Assembly (NCBI GenBank): GCA_016871615.1
Contig: VHCX01000010.1
Coordinates: forward strand, 1,875 to 65,874
DNA from: Verrucomicrobiota bacterium
GTDB lineage: Bacteria > Verrucomicrobiota > Verrucomicrobiia > Limisphaerales > UBA9464
DNA: 64,000 nt
Direction: 5' to 3'
Shown one piece after another: positions 30,814-40,368 of the stretch. The stretch's first letter is position 1. The number at the start of each line of letters is the position of its first letter. The notes below the pieces were generated by a model that did not search any database, was not told where the DNA came from, and worked only from the letters and a program-made list of their open reading frames with translations. The translations under genes were made by a program, and so were the position numbers.

Positions 30814-31149
30814 ATGGCCGCCGCCAACATCGTCACCGCCACCTCGCAGAACTTCCCCACCGAAATCCTCGCTTCCGGACAGCCGGTGCTGGTGGATTTC
30901 TGGGCCGAGTGGTGCGGTCCCTGCAAGATGATCGCCCCGGTGCTCGACGAACTCGCCACCGAGTACGCCGGCAAGGCGAAGATCGCCAAGGTCAACATCG
31001 ACGACCATCAGGACCTCGCCGGGCAGTTCGGCATCCGGGCCATCCCGACGCTGCTGCTCTTCAAGGGCGGGCAGGTCGTGGAGCAGGTCGTCGGCCTGAA
31101 GTCCAAGAAGGACCTCAAGGCCAGCCTCGACCGGGCCATCGGGGGTTGA
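30814..31149 (+). CDS. trxA: Thioredoxin
   Basis: 111 aa with active site WAEWCGPCK. Confidence 0.95.
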   Translation: MAAANIVTATSQNFPTEILASGQPVLVDFWAEWCGPCKMIAPVLDELATEYAGKAKIAKVNIDDHQDLAGQFGIRAIPTLLLFKGGQVVEQVVGLKSKKDLKASLDRAIGG

Positions 31150-31166
31150 CTCCGCCCCATCGGGCG

Positions 31167-31202
<36 letters not shown>

Positions 31203-31440
31203 TCAGGACCTGGTCCTGTCCGGGGCGTTGTCGGGAGACTCCCGTGACACCTCCATGACAATCCCATGACACTCCATGATCTGGGCGCGCGGGTTCATCC
31301 CCGGACCCGACCGTTCTGATCCTCCCTTCGGACGGATTCAATCGTCCACTACCCGAGCCCTGCGGGTTGCCGCGATCCGAGGGATCTTCCCCATCCAGAT
31401 CTCCGGAAACCTGGGCGTCTTGTGGTTTCCCTCCGGCCCC

Positions 31441-32343
31441 TCAGAGAGCGCCATTGTCGATGAGACGGGTCCTTCCGACGAACACGGCCAGCACGATCCG
31501 GCAGCCCCGCCGAACCCACTCGACCGGCCTCAGGGTCTCTGGTTCGATGAACTCGACGTAATCGAGCCGGGCGTCGGGACAGGCGCCCACGAGGGCCTCG
31601 ACCCCACGCCGGAGCGCCTCGGCCGGCACCCCGGCAGGGGACCCGTCGGACGGCTTCGATCGCCCCATCGGGCGGGCCTTTCGGACCTCCCGGCGCGCCC
31701 ATTGCTGGGCCCGCCACAGCACGGTGGCCTGGGCGCGTTCGGCGGGTTGCAGGTACCGGTTGCGCGAACTCATCGCCAGGCCGTCCGACTCCCGGGTGGT
31801 GGGTGCGACCACGATGCGGATCGGGAACTGCAGGTCCTTCACCATCCGCCGGACCACGGCCGCCTGCTGCCAGTCCTTGGCCCCGAACACCGAAACCTCA
31901 GGCAGGACGCAATGAAACAGTTTGGCGACCACGGTGGTCACCCCCCGGAAGTGGGTGGGGCGGGAGCCTCCCTCCAGGCCCCGGGTGAGCCCCTCCTCGA
32001 CCACGTAGGTCGTGTATTCGCCGGCATCCCGACCCGCGTACATGTCGGCATCGGTGGGTGCGAAGATCACGTCCACGCCGGCCTCGCGGCACAGGCGGCA
32101 ATCCTGGGCGAAATCCCTCGGGTATTTGGAAAGGTCCTCGGTCGGCGCAAACTGGGTGGGATTGACGTAGATGCTCAGGACCACGATCCCGCGATTGCCA
32201 ACCTGACGCCGCGCTTCCCGGACGAGGCTCAGGTGGCCTTCATGCAGGTACCCCATCGTGGGCACGAAGCCGACCCGGAGACCCTGCCTCTGCCACCGTT
32301 GGGCCTCGCGTTGCATGGTCCGGGGAAAGCGGAGGATGCGCAT
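31441..32343 (-). CDS. panC: Pantoate--beta-alanine ligase
   Basis: 300 aa. Motifs PTMGYLHEGHLSL and FGAKDWQQ. Confidence 0.95.
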   Translation of the reverse strand: MRILRFPRTMQREAQRWQRQGLRVGFVPTMGYLHEGHLSLVREARRQVGNRGIVVLSIYVNPTQFAPTEDLSKYPRDFAQDCRLCREAGVDVIFAPTDADMYAGRDAGEYTTYVVEEGLTRGLEGGSRPTHFRGVTTVVAKLFHCVLPEVSVFGAKDWQQAAVVRRMVKDLQFPIRIVVAPTTRESDGLAMSSRNRYLQPAERAQATVLWRAQQWARREVRKARPMGRSKPSDGSPAGVPAEALRRGVEALVGACPDARLDYVEFIEPETLRPVEWVRRGCRIVLAVFVGRTRLIDNGAL

Positions 32344-32504
32344 GAGCCAAGCGTGGTCGCGGGGGCGCGAAGTTCAAGCCCCTGCAAGCCGCATGGAATG
32401 GCCGACCCCGGCCGGCCGGAGCCTCAACGCCCCCGGTGGGAGGAGGCCCCGGGCTCCGGCGGCGCTTGTCGGCCCTGCGGAGCCGGCTATCCTCCGACTC
32501 CGAC

Positions 32505-33320
32505 ATGACTCTGGAGTTCCACAAGATGAGCGGGGCCGGCAACGACTTCATCCTGCTCGACAATCGCAACGCCCGCATCGTGCTGACTCCGGAACAGGTG
32601 GCCCGGCTGTGCCACCGACAATTCGGCATCGGGGCCGACGGGCTGATGCTCCTGGTCCCGAGCGTCACCGGGAAGGCCGACTGGGCCTGGCGCTTCTCCA
32701 ACTCCGACGGGTCGGATGCGGCGATGTGCGGCAACGGTGCGCGGTGCTTCGCGCGGTTCATCCAGCGCGTCACCGGCTGGACGCGGCCGACGGTGAGCTT
32801 CGAGACCGCCGCCGGGGTGATCACCGCCGAGTTCCAGGGCGAGCGGGTGACCATCAACCTCACGGCCCCGCATGACCTGCGCCTGTCCGAGACGGTGACG
32901 ACCCGCACCGGGGCGATCGAGGTGCACTCGATCAACACGGGCGTGCCGCACGCCGTGGTCTTCGTGGACGACGCCGACCAGGCGATGGTCCAGGAGCGCG
33001 GCGCCGAGCTGCGCTGGCATGAGCACTTCAAGCCCAAGGGGACCAACGTCAACTTCGTGCAGGTGCTCGGCCCGGGACGCCTCCGGGTGCGCACCTACGA
33101 GCGCGGGGTCGAGGGCGAAACCCTCGCCTGCGGCACCGGGGTGACCGCCAGCGCATTGATCGCCTCCCGGTTGCGGGGTTTCGCCTCCCCGCTGCGCCTC
33201 CAGGTCCAGAGCGGAGACGAGTTGAGCGTCTCGTTCCAGACCGATGCCCACGGAGGATTCTCCGACGTCCGGCTCGGCGGGCCGGCGACCTTCGTCTTCG
33301 AGGGCCGGATGCTGATCTGA
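32505..33320 (+). CDS. dapF: Diaminopimelate epimerase
   Basis: Internal ATG at 32505 of ORF 32436..33320. Motifs SGAGNDF, MCGNGARC and ACGTG. Confidence 0.95.
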   Translation: MTLEFHKMSGAGNDFILLDNRNARIVLTPEQVARLCHRQFGIGADGLMLLVPSVTGKADWAWRFSNSDGSDAAMCGNGARCFARFIQRVTGWTRPTVSFETAAGVITAEFQGERVTINLTAPHDLRLSETVTTRTGAIEVHSINTGVPHAVVFVDDADQAMVQERGAELRWHEHFKPKGTNVNFVQVLGPGRLRVRTYERGVEGETLACGTGVTASALIASRLRGFASPLRLQVQSGDELSVSFQTDAHGGFSDVRLGGPATFVFEGRMLI

Positions 33321-33350
33321 GCACGGCTGCGCTCCGGCGTCGGGCCGTTC

Positions 33351-35454
33351 CTACGGCGAAGGCTCCGGGGGAGAACGCTCCGGGGGTGATGACGACTTCG
33401 GCGAGGGCGGCGGCGGCCGCAGCAGCAGGTGCGAATGGTCCATGGTGGCCGGGGTGCGGGCGAAGCCGAAGCGCCTCGGTTCGATGATCTGGGCGGCGTC
33501 CTCTCCTTCTCGAACCAGATACGCCGCATCCACCCTCGGTACCTTCACCGTCTGCCGCGTGCGGCTGCCCGGCCAGTCGATCTCGATCGCGCTCACCTCG
33601 GTGGCCTTGCCCAGACCGATCTCCAGCCGCAAGGGATTGGCCCCGAAGCTCCCGCCGGTGTTGCCCGTCCGGTGGATGACCCGCTCGCCCTCCGGGCCCC
33701 GGCACCGCACCCGGATCCGCGTGCCGATGCCCGACCGGTTCGCCTGCCGCCCCTCCAGCCTCAGCTGGATCCAATGGTTCCCGTGGCCCGGGTTCTCCAG
33801 CAGCACGTTCGGGTACTGGTCGCCGTGGTAGGCACCCCCGAGGTCTTCGTACACGTCCTGGTCGCCGTCGTTGTCGAAATCCGCGAAGGCCACCGCGTGC
33901 CCCTTCTGCAGCGTGCCGAACCCGCCGCGGGTCGTGACATCCTGGAAGCGCCGCCCGCTGTCGTTCCGGAACATCCGGTTGGGGATGAGCGTGTCGAAAT
34001 TGGGATCGCCGGTGCCGAGGTAGAAATCCAGCCAGCCGTCGTTGTCGAGGTCGCCGAAGTTCGAGCCCATGGCGTGCAGCACCCGGTCCAGCCCGACGAC
34101 CTTCGACACGTCTTCGAAGGTGCCGTCGCCCCGGTTGCGGTAGAGCCGGGACCGCTCGGCCGGGCTGGCCATGCCCAACAGGTCGGCCACCACCTCGCCC
34201 ACGGTCCGGATGCGGTAGCCGGCCACGAAGAGGTCCTCGAACCCGTCGTTGTCGTAGTCGAAGGACCAGCAGGGGAAGGTGGATCGCTGGCCGGTCACCC
34301 CCGCCGCCTCGGCCACCTCGGTGAAGCCCCAGCGGGCCTTCTCGGTGGCCGTGGAGGGTTTCGGGCCGTCGTTGTGGAAGAGCAGGCTCCGGCCGTCCTG
34401 CACCGACAGGAAGAGGTCCGGCCGGCCGTCGTTGTCGTAGTCGGCATGCACGAGGTTGAGTCCGCCAGTCAGGCCCTCGAGGCCCACCTCGCGGGTGCGC
34501 TCCTCGAACCGGCCGTTCCCCAGGTTGTGGAAGAAACGCATCGGGTCCGAGAGCCCGATGGACGACGTGACGACATCGAGCAGGCCGTCGCCGTCGAAAT
34601 CGTCCACGGCGACCCCACCGTAAAGCTCGGTGCGGGCGAGGCCGACGTTCGGCCCGACGTCGAGGAAGCGCCCGAAGTCGTGGTCCGAGCGAAAGACGTG
34701 GGTGGGGATGAGCCACTGGGGGGGGAACCTGGTCGGGATACTCCCCGAGGGTCATGTGGGCCACATTGAGCAGCCAGCGGGCGGACAGGTTGTCGGGATG
34801 GCGAGCCAGCAGGTTGGTGAGCACCGAGCGGGCCAGCAGGGAATCATCCCGGGTCCGATAGATGCCGCCGCCCCGCAACGGCATCAGGCAGGAGTCGGCG
34901 TTGTGGTTGCTGAGGCAGTTGGCCAACTCGCCGCGGCGCAGGTGACACAGGGCCTCGCGGAGCGACAGGTTGATGTCGTTGGCGTCGATCATCGGCATGC
35001 CGAGGGACCCCGCCAGCGACCGGACGCGCCGCACCTCGTCCAGCGCCTCCCCGAGGCGATTGGCCTGAAGCAGTTCCCCGGAGAGCAGGAATCTCGTCTG
35101 GAGCTCCTCCTCCGGAGAGGGGTGCTGGAGCAGAGCCCGCTGGTAACTCCCGATGCGGCCGGGATTAAGGAACCGGTTCTCCATGGGGTCGGCCCGCTCG
35201 ACGAAATCCGCAAGCCGTCGCGCCATCTCGAGCGTACCCGGCCCACGGGGATCCCGGGGAAGTTCGGCCGGCACCGGTACCGGCACCGGCCCGGGCCCGG
35301 GTGCCTGGGCACGGAGCGCCCACGCCACGACCAGCGCCAGGACCACGATCAACGGATCCCGGATCCTGTCCCGGGAGGATGGGCGGAGGTCTGCGCCGCC
35401 AATGCGGGTATCCGTCGCTTCCAGAAGGACATCGGACGAGGGATCGGCTCGCAT
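33351..35454 (-). pseudogene. CRTAC1-family protein (N-terminal helical/TPR-like region + FG-GAP/VCBS repeats + ASPIC/UnbV C-terminal domain), reading frame broken at a G8/C8 homopolymer
   Basis: The N-terminal ~243 aa are read from ATG 35454 (ORF 33049..35454 frame). The rest is read in the frame of ORF 33351..34607, which extends upstream as PPQWLIPTHVFRSDHDFGRFLDVGPNVGLARTELYGGVAVDDFDGDG. The two frames meet at the run of 8 G (34718-34725). The span is 2104 nt (1 mod 3); removing one G gives ...EYPDQVPPQWLIPTH... and a 700-aa product. Confidence 0.8.
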
Positions 35455-35644
35455 GGATCAGGGACCGGGAACCGCCCACGAATGAGTTCGAGGGGACCCG
35501 GACCCCGTTTTGGTAAACACTCGTCAACTTATTTACAATTGCAGGTTTACATTTGTCATCTTTTGCGGACCTCTCCAGGCCCCGTCATGAGCCCGGGAGA
35601 GGGTGTTGTTTTTCCGGATTCCGGCGTACGGTCGCTCCATCCGC

Positions 35645-38600
35645 ATGAACCGACCGATTCGATCCCTCTCCGCGCCGGCGATGCTGGTGGTGGGCATCTT
35701 CCTGATGATCCTCGGCATCGCCGCGATGGCGTGGTGGTCGCAGCGCGCGTCGAACGACGACACCCAGTTCGCCGCGCACATGAACGCGGGCCGCGGATAC
35801 CACTCGGCCGGCGACGCCCGGCGCGCGATCGAGTCGTTCCGCGCGGCCCTGACGATGAATCCGGCCAACCCGGACGTGCACCTCAACCTGGCCAACGCCT
35901 TCCTGCTGGCCAACCAGCCGTCCGAGGCCCTCGTCCACGCCCGGCAGGCGCTGCAGGTGGAACCGGGCCGTGGGGCGGCCCACTACCTGGCCGGATGTTC
36001 GCACCTCCGGCTCGGGGCCCACTCCAATGCCGTGCAGTCCCTGACCGAGGCCAAGCAGGCGGACCGGACCCTCAACACGGTGAGCTTCCAGCTTGGGCTG
36101 GCCTACGCGGGCTGGGGCCGGTTCGCCGAGGCGGCCGAGCAGTTCGTCGAGGTCCTCGAATTCGACAAGGACCACCCGTCGGCGCACTACCAGCTCAGCC
36201 AGGCGTACCTGCGGCAGGGGGCGCGCGAGCAGGCGGCGGCGGAACTGGCCGAGCATCAGCGCATCTCGGCCGGCAAGCCCCAGGCCGCCGACAACCCGTC
36301 GCTGTTCGAACGCTGCAAATACACCGAGATCCTCGCCCCCTTCGCCCTCGAACAGCCCGAACCGGATCCCGTGGCCATCCGCTTCGCCGACGACACCGCG
36401 CGCGCCTTCGGGCCGGAGGCCGGTCGCCTGAGGGGACCCTTCGGACTCTTCGACCTCAACCGTCGCGGCTGGAACGACGTGCTGCTGCCCGACGACCAGG
36501 GAGGCCTTCACCTGCTTTGGAACTCCAACGCCACCTTCTCCGCCCGCACCGATCCGCTGCCGTCGGCCGTCGGGGCGGTCCAGGACATCGTGGTGGGGGA
36601 CCTGAACAACGACCGGTACGACGACGCGATCGTCGTGGGCACGGAGGGGTCCCAGTTGCTGCGGTTCGCCACCAACGGGTTCATCACCGACGGCACGGCC
36701 CTCGGGGGCCTGCGGGCCGTGAAGGCGACCGGGGCGGCCCTGGGCGACATCGACATCACCGGCAAGCTGGCCCTGCTGGCGACCACTCCGGAGGGGCGCC
36801 TGCGGGCCTTCACCAACTTCGGCACGGCGATCTTCCGCGAGCGAAAGCCCGGTCCGGCGGGGGACGGCTTCGACGTGACCGGTGTGACCTCGGTGACGAT
36901 CGACGACTGGAACAACGACGACCTTCCGGACGTGCTGCTCACGCGCCGGGGCGAGCCCCCGTGGGTGCTTTCGAACCAGCGACGCGACGGCCTGGCCGCA
37001 GGGACGCAGCCGGCCGACTGGCCGGTGGCCCGTTGCCTGGCGACCGGCGACCTCAACAACGACCTGCGGGCCGACGTGGCCCTCGTCACCGAAGCGGCGA
37101 TCGCCATCCACCTGGGCGGCCTGCGCGACCCGCTGCGGATTCCCGCCCGCAAGAATGGCATCCGGGCCCTCCGGGCACTGGATTACGACAACGACGGCTG
37201 GCTGGACCTCGTCGGCTGGGGCACCGACGGCCTGCGCATCTGGCGCAACCGGGGGCGCCGCGGGTTCCACGAGGAGACCACCGCGCTGGGCCTCGGGGAA
37301 TGGTCTGGCGCGTCGGTGCGGCACGCGGCGTTCGCCGACTTCGACCAGGATGGCGACATCGACGTCCTCATTGACCTCGACGGCCGCGGCGTGCGCCTCC
37401 TGCGCAACGACGGCGCCCACGTCAACGGCCTGGTGAAGTTCCGCCCCATCGGCAACCGCTCCAACTTCAGCGGGATCGGCCTGCGCATCGAGCTCAACGC
37501 AGGCAACTGGCGGGCCGTCCGAAGCGTGCAGCGCAAGCCGGTGGAGATCGGCGTGGGCCGGCACAAGGACCTCGAGACCGTCATCGCCCGATGGGCCGAC
37601 ACCCAGCCGCTCTTCGGCGTCGGGCCTCACCCCAGGCAGGTCGTGGACCTCATCGAACCGAAGAACCCCACGGGTTCCTGCCCCTACCTCTACGCGTGGG
37701 ACGGCACCCGGTTCCGGTTCCTGACGGACATCCTCAGCTCCGCTCCGGTGGGCCTGCCCTCCCGGCCGGGCCACAACATCGTGGCCGACCCGCGCGAATG
37801 GGTGGCCCTCGGAGGCACGGCCGACTTCGTGCCGCGGCAGGGGCGCTACACGGTGCAGCTGACCGAGGAACTGAGGGAGATCCTCTATCTCGACGAGGCC
37901 CGCCTCGGCTGGGTGGACATCCCGCCGGGAACCGAGGTCCATCCGACCAGCAAGCTGGTGCCCGGCCCGCCCTTCCCGAAGCACGGGCTCCGGGTGCTCT
38001 CGGGCCGCCTGCCGCTGCGCTCGGCCCGCTCGGGCGAGGGGGTGGACCTGACCGCGACGCTGGACCGGGAGGACGGGCAACGTTTCTCGCCGCGCCTCCG
38101 GGCCCCCCAGCTGCGGGGACTGGCCGAGCCCACGTCGGTGATCCTCGACTTCGGTCCGCTGCCCGACGCACCGGGCCTGACCCTGGCGCTCAGCGGTTGG
38201 CTGCGCTTCGGCGGAGGCATGGCCAACATCGCCGGCAGCCACGATCCCGAACTGCCCTTCCCCTTCCCCAGGCTGGAGGCGGAGACGGCCCCGGACCGCT
38301 GGGAACCCCTCCCGAAGGTGGTGGTCGGCGCGCCGGCCGGGCGCACCAAGACCATCCTCGTGTCGCTGGGCTCCGGCCAATTGCCGGCAGGCACCCGGCG
38401 GCTGCGCCTGAGCTACGCCTTCGAGCTGCACTGGGACCGCATCGCGCTGTTCACGGGGAATCGCCCGGCGGAGGCGGCAAGCCTGGCGCCGACCTCCACC
38501 GACCTGCACTGGCACGGGTACGGGGAGTTCGCGCCGACGGGACCCTCGGATCCGCTCACCCCGATGCACGACACGGTACGCCAGCGGCCTCCGTGGCGGA

Positions 38601-39025
38601 TCACCCCGAGCGGGTGGGCCACCCGTTACGGCCCGGTGGATCTGCTGCTCGCGGCCGAGGACAACGGGCTGGTCACCGTGGCGGCCGGAGACGGGTTGAC
38701 CCTCGAGTTCGCCGCCGGGGCGCTGCCGGCGGTCCCGGAGGGACTGGAGCGGCGTTTCTTCCTGTGGACGGTCGGCTGGAACAAGGATGCCGACTACCAT
38801 GTCGCGGCCGGCGACCGGATCGATCCCCTGCCCTGGCACGGGATGGACGACGATCGACATGGGGTCGAGGCCCGTCCGGCATTCCCGAGCGACACCCTGC
38901 ACCAGCGCTTCAACACCCGCTGGGTGGGTCCCTTGAATGCCCACCGGTTGGAGGCCCGACGCCCAGGATCACCCAAGGGTGGTGGAACCGGTGGCGGCGA
39001 AACCCTCTCCGGATCGGGACGCTGA
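35645..39025 (+). CDS. TPR + FG-GAP/VCBS repeat + ASPIC/UnbV-like protein with a long uncharacterised C-terminal region
   Basis: Internal ATG at 35645 (MNRPIRSLSAPAMLVVGIFLMILGIAAMAWW membrane anchor). TPR-like region, repeated D.(N/D)(N/D)DG..D motifs (LDYDNDGWLDL, FADFDQDGDIDV), and a GIGLRIEL ASPIC-type segment. These are followed by about 480 aa starting at CPYLYAWDGTRFRFLTDIL that I cannot assign. Confidence 0.8.
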   Translation: MNRPIRSLSAPAMLVVGIFLMILGIAAMAWWSQRASNDDTQFAAHMNAGRGYHSAGDARRAIESFRAALTMNPANPDVHLNLANAFLLANQPSEALVHARQALQVEPGRGAAHYLAGCSHLRLGAHSNAVQSLTEAKQADRTLNTVSFQLGLAYAGWGRFAEAAEQFVEVLEFDKDHPSAHYQLSQAYLRQGAREQAAAELAEHQRISAGKPQAADNPSLFERCKYTEILAPFALEQPEPDPVAIRFADDTARAFGPEAGRLRGPFGLFDLNRRGWNDVLLPDDQGGLHLLWNSNATFSARTDPLPSAVGAVQDIVVGDLNNDRYDDAIVVGTEGSQLLRFATNGFITDGTALGGLRAVKATGAALGDIDITGKLALLATTPEGRLRAFTNFGTAIFRERKPGPAGDGFDVTGVTSVTIDDWNNDDLPDVLLTRRGEPPWVLSNQRRDGLAAGTQPADWPVARCLATGDLNNDLRADVALVTEAAIAIHLGGLRDPLRIPARKNGIRALRALDYDNDGWLDLVGWGTDGLRIWRNRGRRGFHEETTALGLGEWSGASVRHAAFADFDQDGDIDVLIDLDGRGVRLLRNDGAHVNGLVKFRPIGNRSNFSGIGLRIELNAGNWRAVRSVQRKPVEIGVGRHKDLETVIARWADTQPLFGVGPHPRQVVDLIEPKNPTGSCPYLYAWDGTRFRFLTDILSSAPVGLPSRPGHNIVADPREWVALGGTADFVPRQGRYTVQLTEELREILYLDEARLGWVDIPPGTEVHPTSKLVPGPPFPKHGLRVLSGRLPLRSARSGEGVDLTATLDREDGQRFSPRLRAPQLRGLAEPTSVILDFGPLPDAPGLTLALSGWLRFGGGMANIAGSHDPELPFPFPRLEAETAPDRWEPLPKVVVGAPAGRTKTILVSLGSGQLPAGTRRLRLSYAFELHWDRIALFTGNRPAEAASLAPTSTDLHWHGYGEFAPTGPSDPLTPMHDTVRQRPPWRITPSGWATRYGPVDLLLAAEDNGLVTVAAGDGLTLEFAAGALPAVPEGLERRFFLWTVGWNKDADYHVAAGDRIDPLPWHGMDDDRHGVEARPAFPSDTLHQRFNTRWVGPLNAHRLEARRPGSPKGGGTGGGETLSGSGR

Positions 39026-39320
39026 GCCCGGAGGAGCCCCATCCGGCCGTCTTCGGGGAGCGAGGGTCCGCCGACAACCCCGGCAGGAACGCCGGGCCGG
39101 AATCCCTGGCCCGACGGTCACCGATGGGGCCGAGGGCTAGGGTAAAGGACGAGGGCCACGGCGAGGGCCGGGGTCGAGGTCGAAGGCATGTGCCGAGGGC
39201 CAAACCGGGCTCGTGGTTGCCCCGTGATTCCGCTTGGGCCCGCCAGAATCCGCACTGATCCCGGGGTGGCTTCGTCGCGGTTCCCGGGCGGCCAGCCCGA
39301 CGGCTCAGGACTCGGATGGA

Positions 39321-39701
39321 TCAGGACTCCACGGCGCTCAACTCTACGGGCTCGACACGGACCCCTTGCTTCTTGAGCCACTGCACCCCGGCGGCGATCT
39401 CGGAGGCGGTCCCCTCGATCTCCAGGCACACGATGCCGACCACGTCGGTCACGCTCGCCTGCCGGATGCTGGTCACCAACTGGAACTGGTGGCCCAGACG
39501 CCAGATGACCGGAGACTTGATGCGCTGCGGCGGGTAGGTGAGCCAGAAGCGGGCGGTGGTGGTGGCCGTCGCGACGTTCCGGGCCGTGTCGCCGGCGCGG
39601 GTGACCCGGGTCCCGCGGGTCCGCGGCGCGACGCCGGACTTCGTGCGGGTCGTCTTGCCGGAGGCGGGAGGCCGTGGAGCCTTGGAGGATCGGGGAGGCA
39701 T
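39321..39701 (-). CDS. NIL-domain protein with a basic disordered N-terminus
   Basis: 126 aa. The C-terminal ~75 aa (FWLTYPPQRIKSPVIWRLGHQFQLVTSIRQASVTDVVGIVCLEIEGTASEIAAGVQWLKKQGVRVEPV) fit the NIL/ferredoxin-like ACT-type domain as I recall it from MetN C-termini. Confidence 0.6.
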   Translation of the reverse strand: MPPRSSKAPRPPASGKTTRTKSGVAPRTRGTRVTRAGDTARNVATATTTARFWLTYPPQRIKSPVIWRLGHQFQLVTSIRQASVTDVVGIVCLEIEGTASEIAAGVQWLKKQGVRVEPVELSAVES

Positions 39702-39770
39702 GGTCGGAGTGCGTGTCGGACTCGTGTCTCGAGAAGGATGGCCGCTGTCGCCATCGCCATCGGCCGCGGT

Positions 39771-40046
39771 TCAGCCCCCGGCGATGGCCGGGATGATGCT
39801 GATCTCGTCGCCGTCCTTGATGACGGTCGCCTGGTTATCGAGGAAGCGGATGTCCTCCTCGTTGACGTACACGTTGACGAACCGCCGGACCTCGCCCTTC
39901 TCGTCGATGAGGCGCTCGGCGATCCCCGGGAACTGGCCCTGGAGTTCGGCGATCGCACCGGCGACGGTGCCGGGCTTGACCTGCACGACTTCGACATCGT
40001 GTGTGAGCTTGCGGAGCGGCGTGGGGATGCGGACTTGGACGGCCAT
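39771..40046 (-). CDS. MoaD/ThiS-family ubiquitin-like sulfur-carrier protein (C-terminal GG)
   Basis: Internal ATG at 40046 of ORF 39771..40139. 91 aa; MAVQVRIPTPLRKLT...FVNVYVNEEDIRF...LKDGDEISIIPAIAGG ends in Gly-Gly. Confidence 0.75.
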   Translation of the reverse strand: MAVQVRIPTPLRKLTHDVEVVQVKPGTVAGAIAELQGQFPGIAERLIDEKGEVRRFVNVYVNEEDIRFLDNQATVIKDGDEISIIPAIAGG

Positions 40047-40368
40047 AGGATCGTGGTCGGACGTGAGGCCCCAGAGAATCCGGGAAACCCCGCCCTTGGC
40101 AAGAACGCTGTCGGGACCATGAACCACGCGTAAACACATTTTTGGGGACCTCGGTCGGGCACTCCGAGCCGGAAGAGAGCGGATTGGCGTCCGAACCTCC
40201 TACGAAGCGCCGTGCGCTACATCGAAGAGTTGGCACAGGGCTTGAGATCTCAACCCAGCGGGGCGGAAGAGAACCCCATCGTTTCTTACGCGTGGATTTT
40301 GGCGGGAGAACCGCCGCGCGCGCGTGCGGGCGAAGCGCAGGCCCTCCTCCCGGGAGACGTCGGCGCCT

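Noticed and set aside
33049-35454. 801-aa ORF taken at face value as one CDS
   Set aside because: Only the first ~243 residues look like real protein. After the G8 tract at 34718-34725 the translation becomes Arg/Pro/Gly noise, while the true continuation lies in the frame of ORF 33351..34607.
35585-38944. 1119-aa minus-strand ORF
   Set aside because: It is an antisense shadow of the TPR/FG-GAP/ASPIC gene 35645..39025 and has no motifs of its own.
40047-40368. Moco, SAM or SAH riboswitch in the leader of the MoaD/ThiS-like gene
   Set aside because: The context is suggestive, but I could not recognise any of the conserved cores by eye, so it is left as an unassigned long leader.
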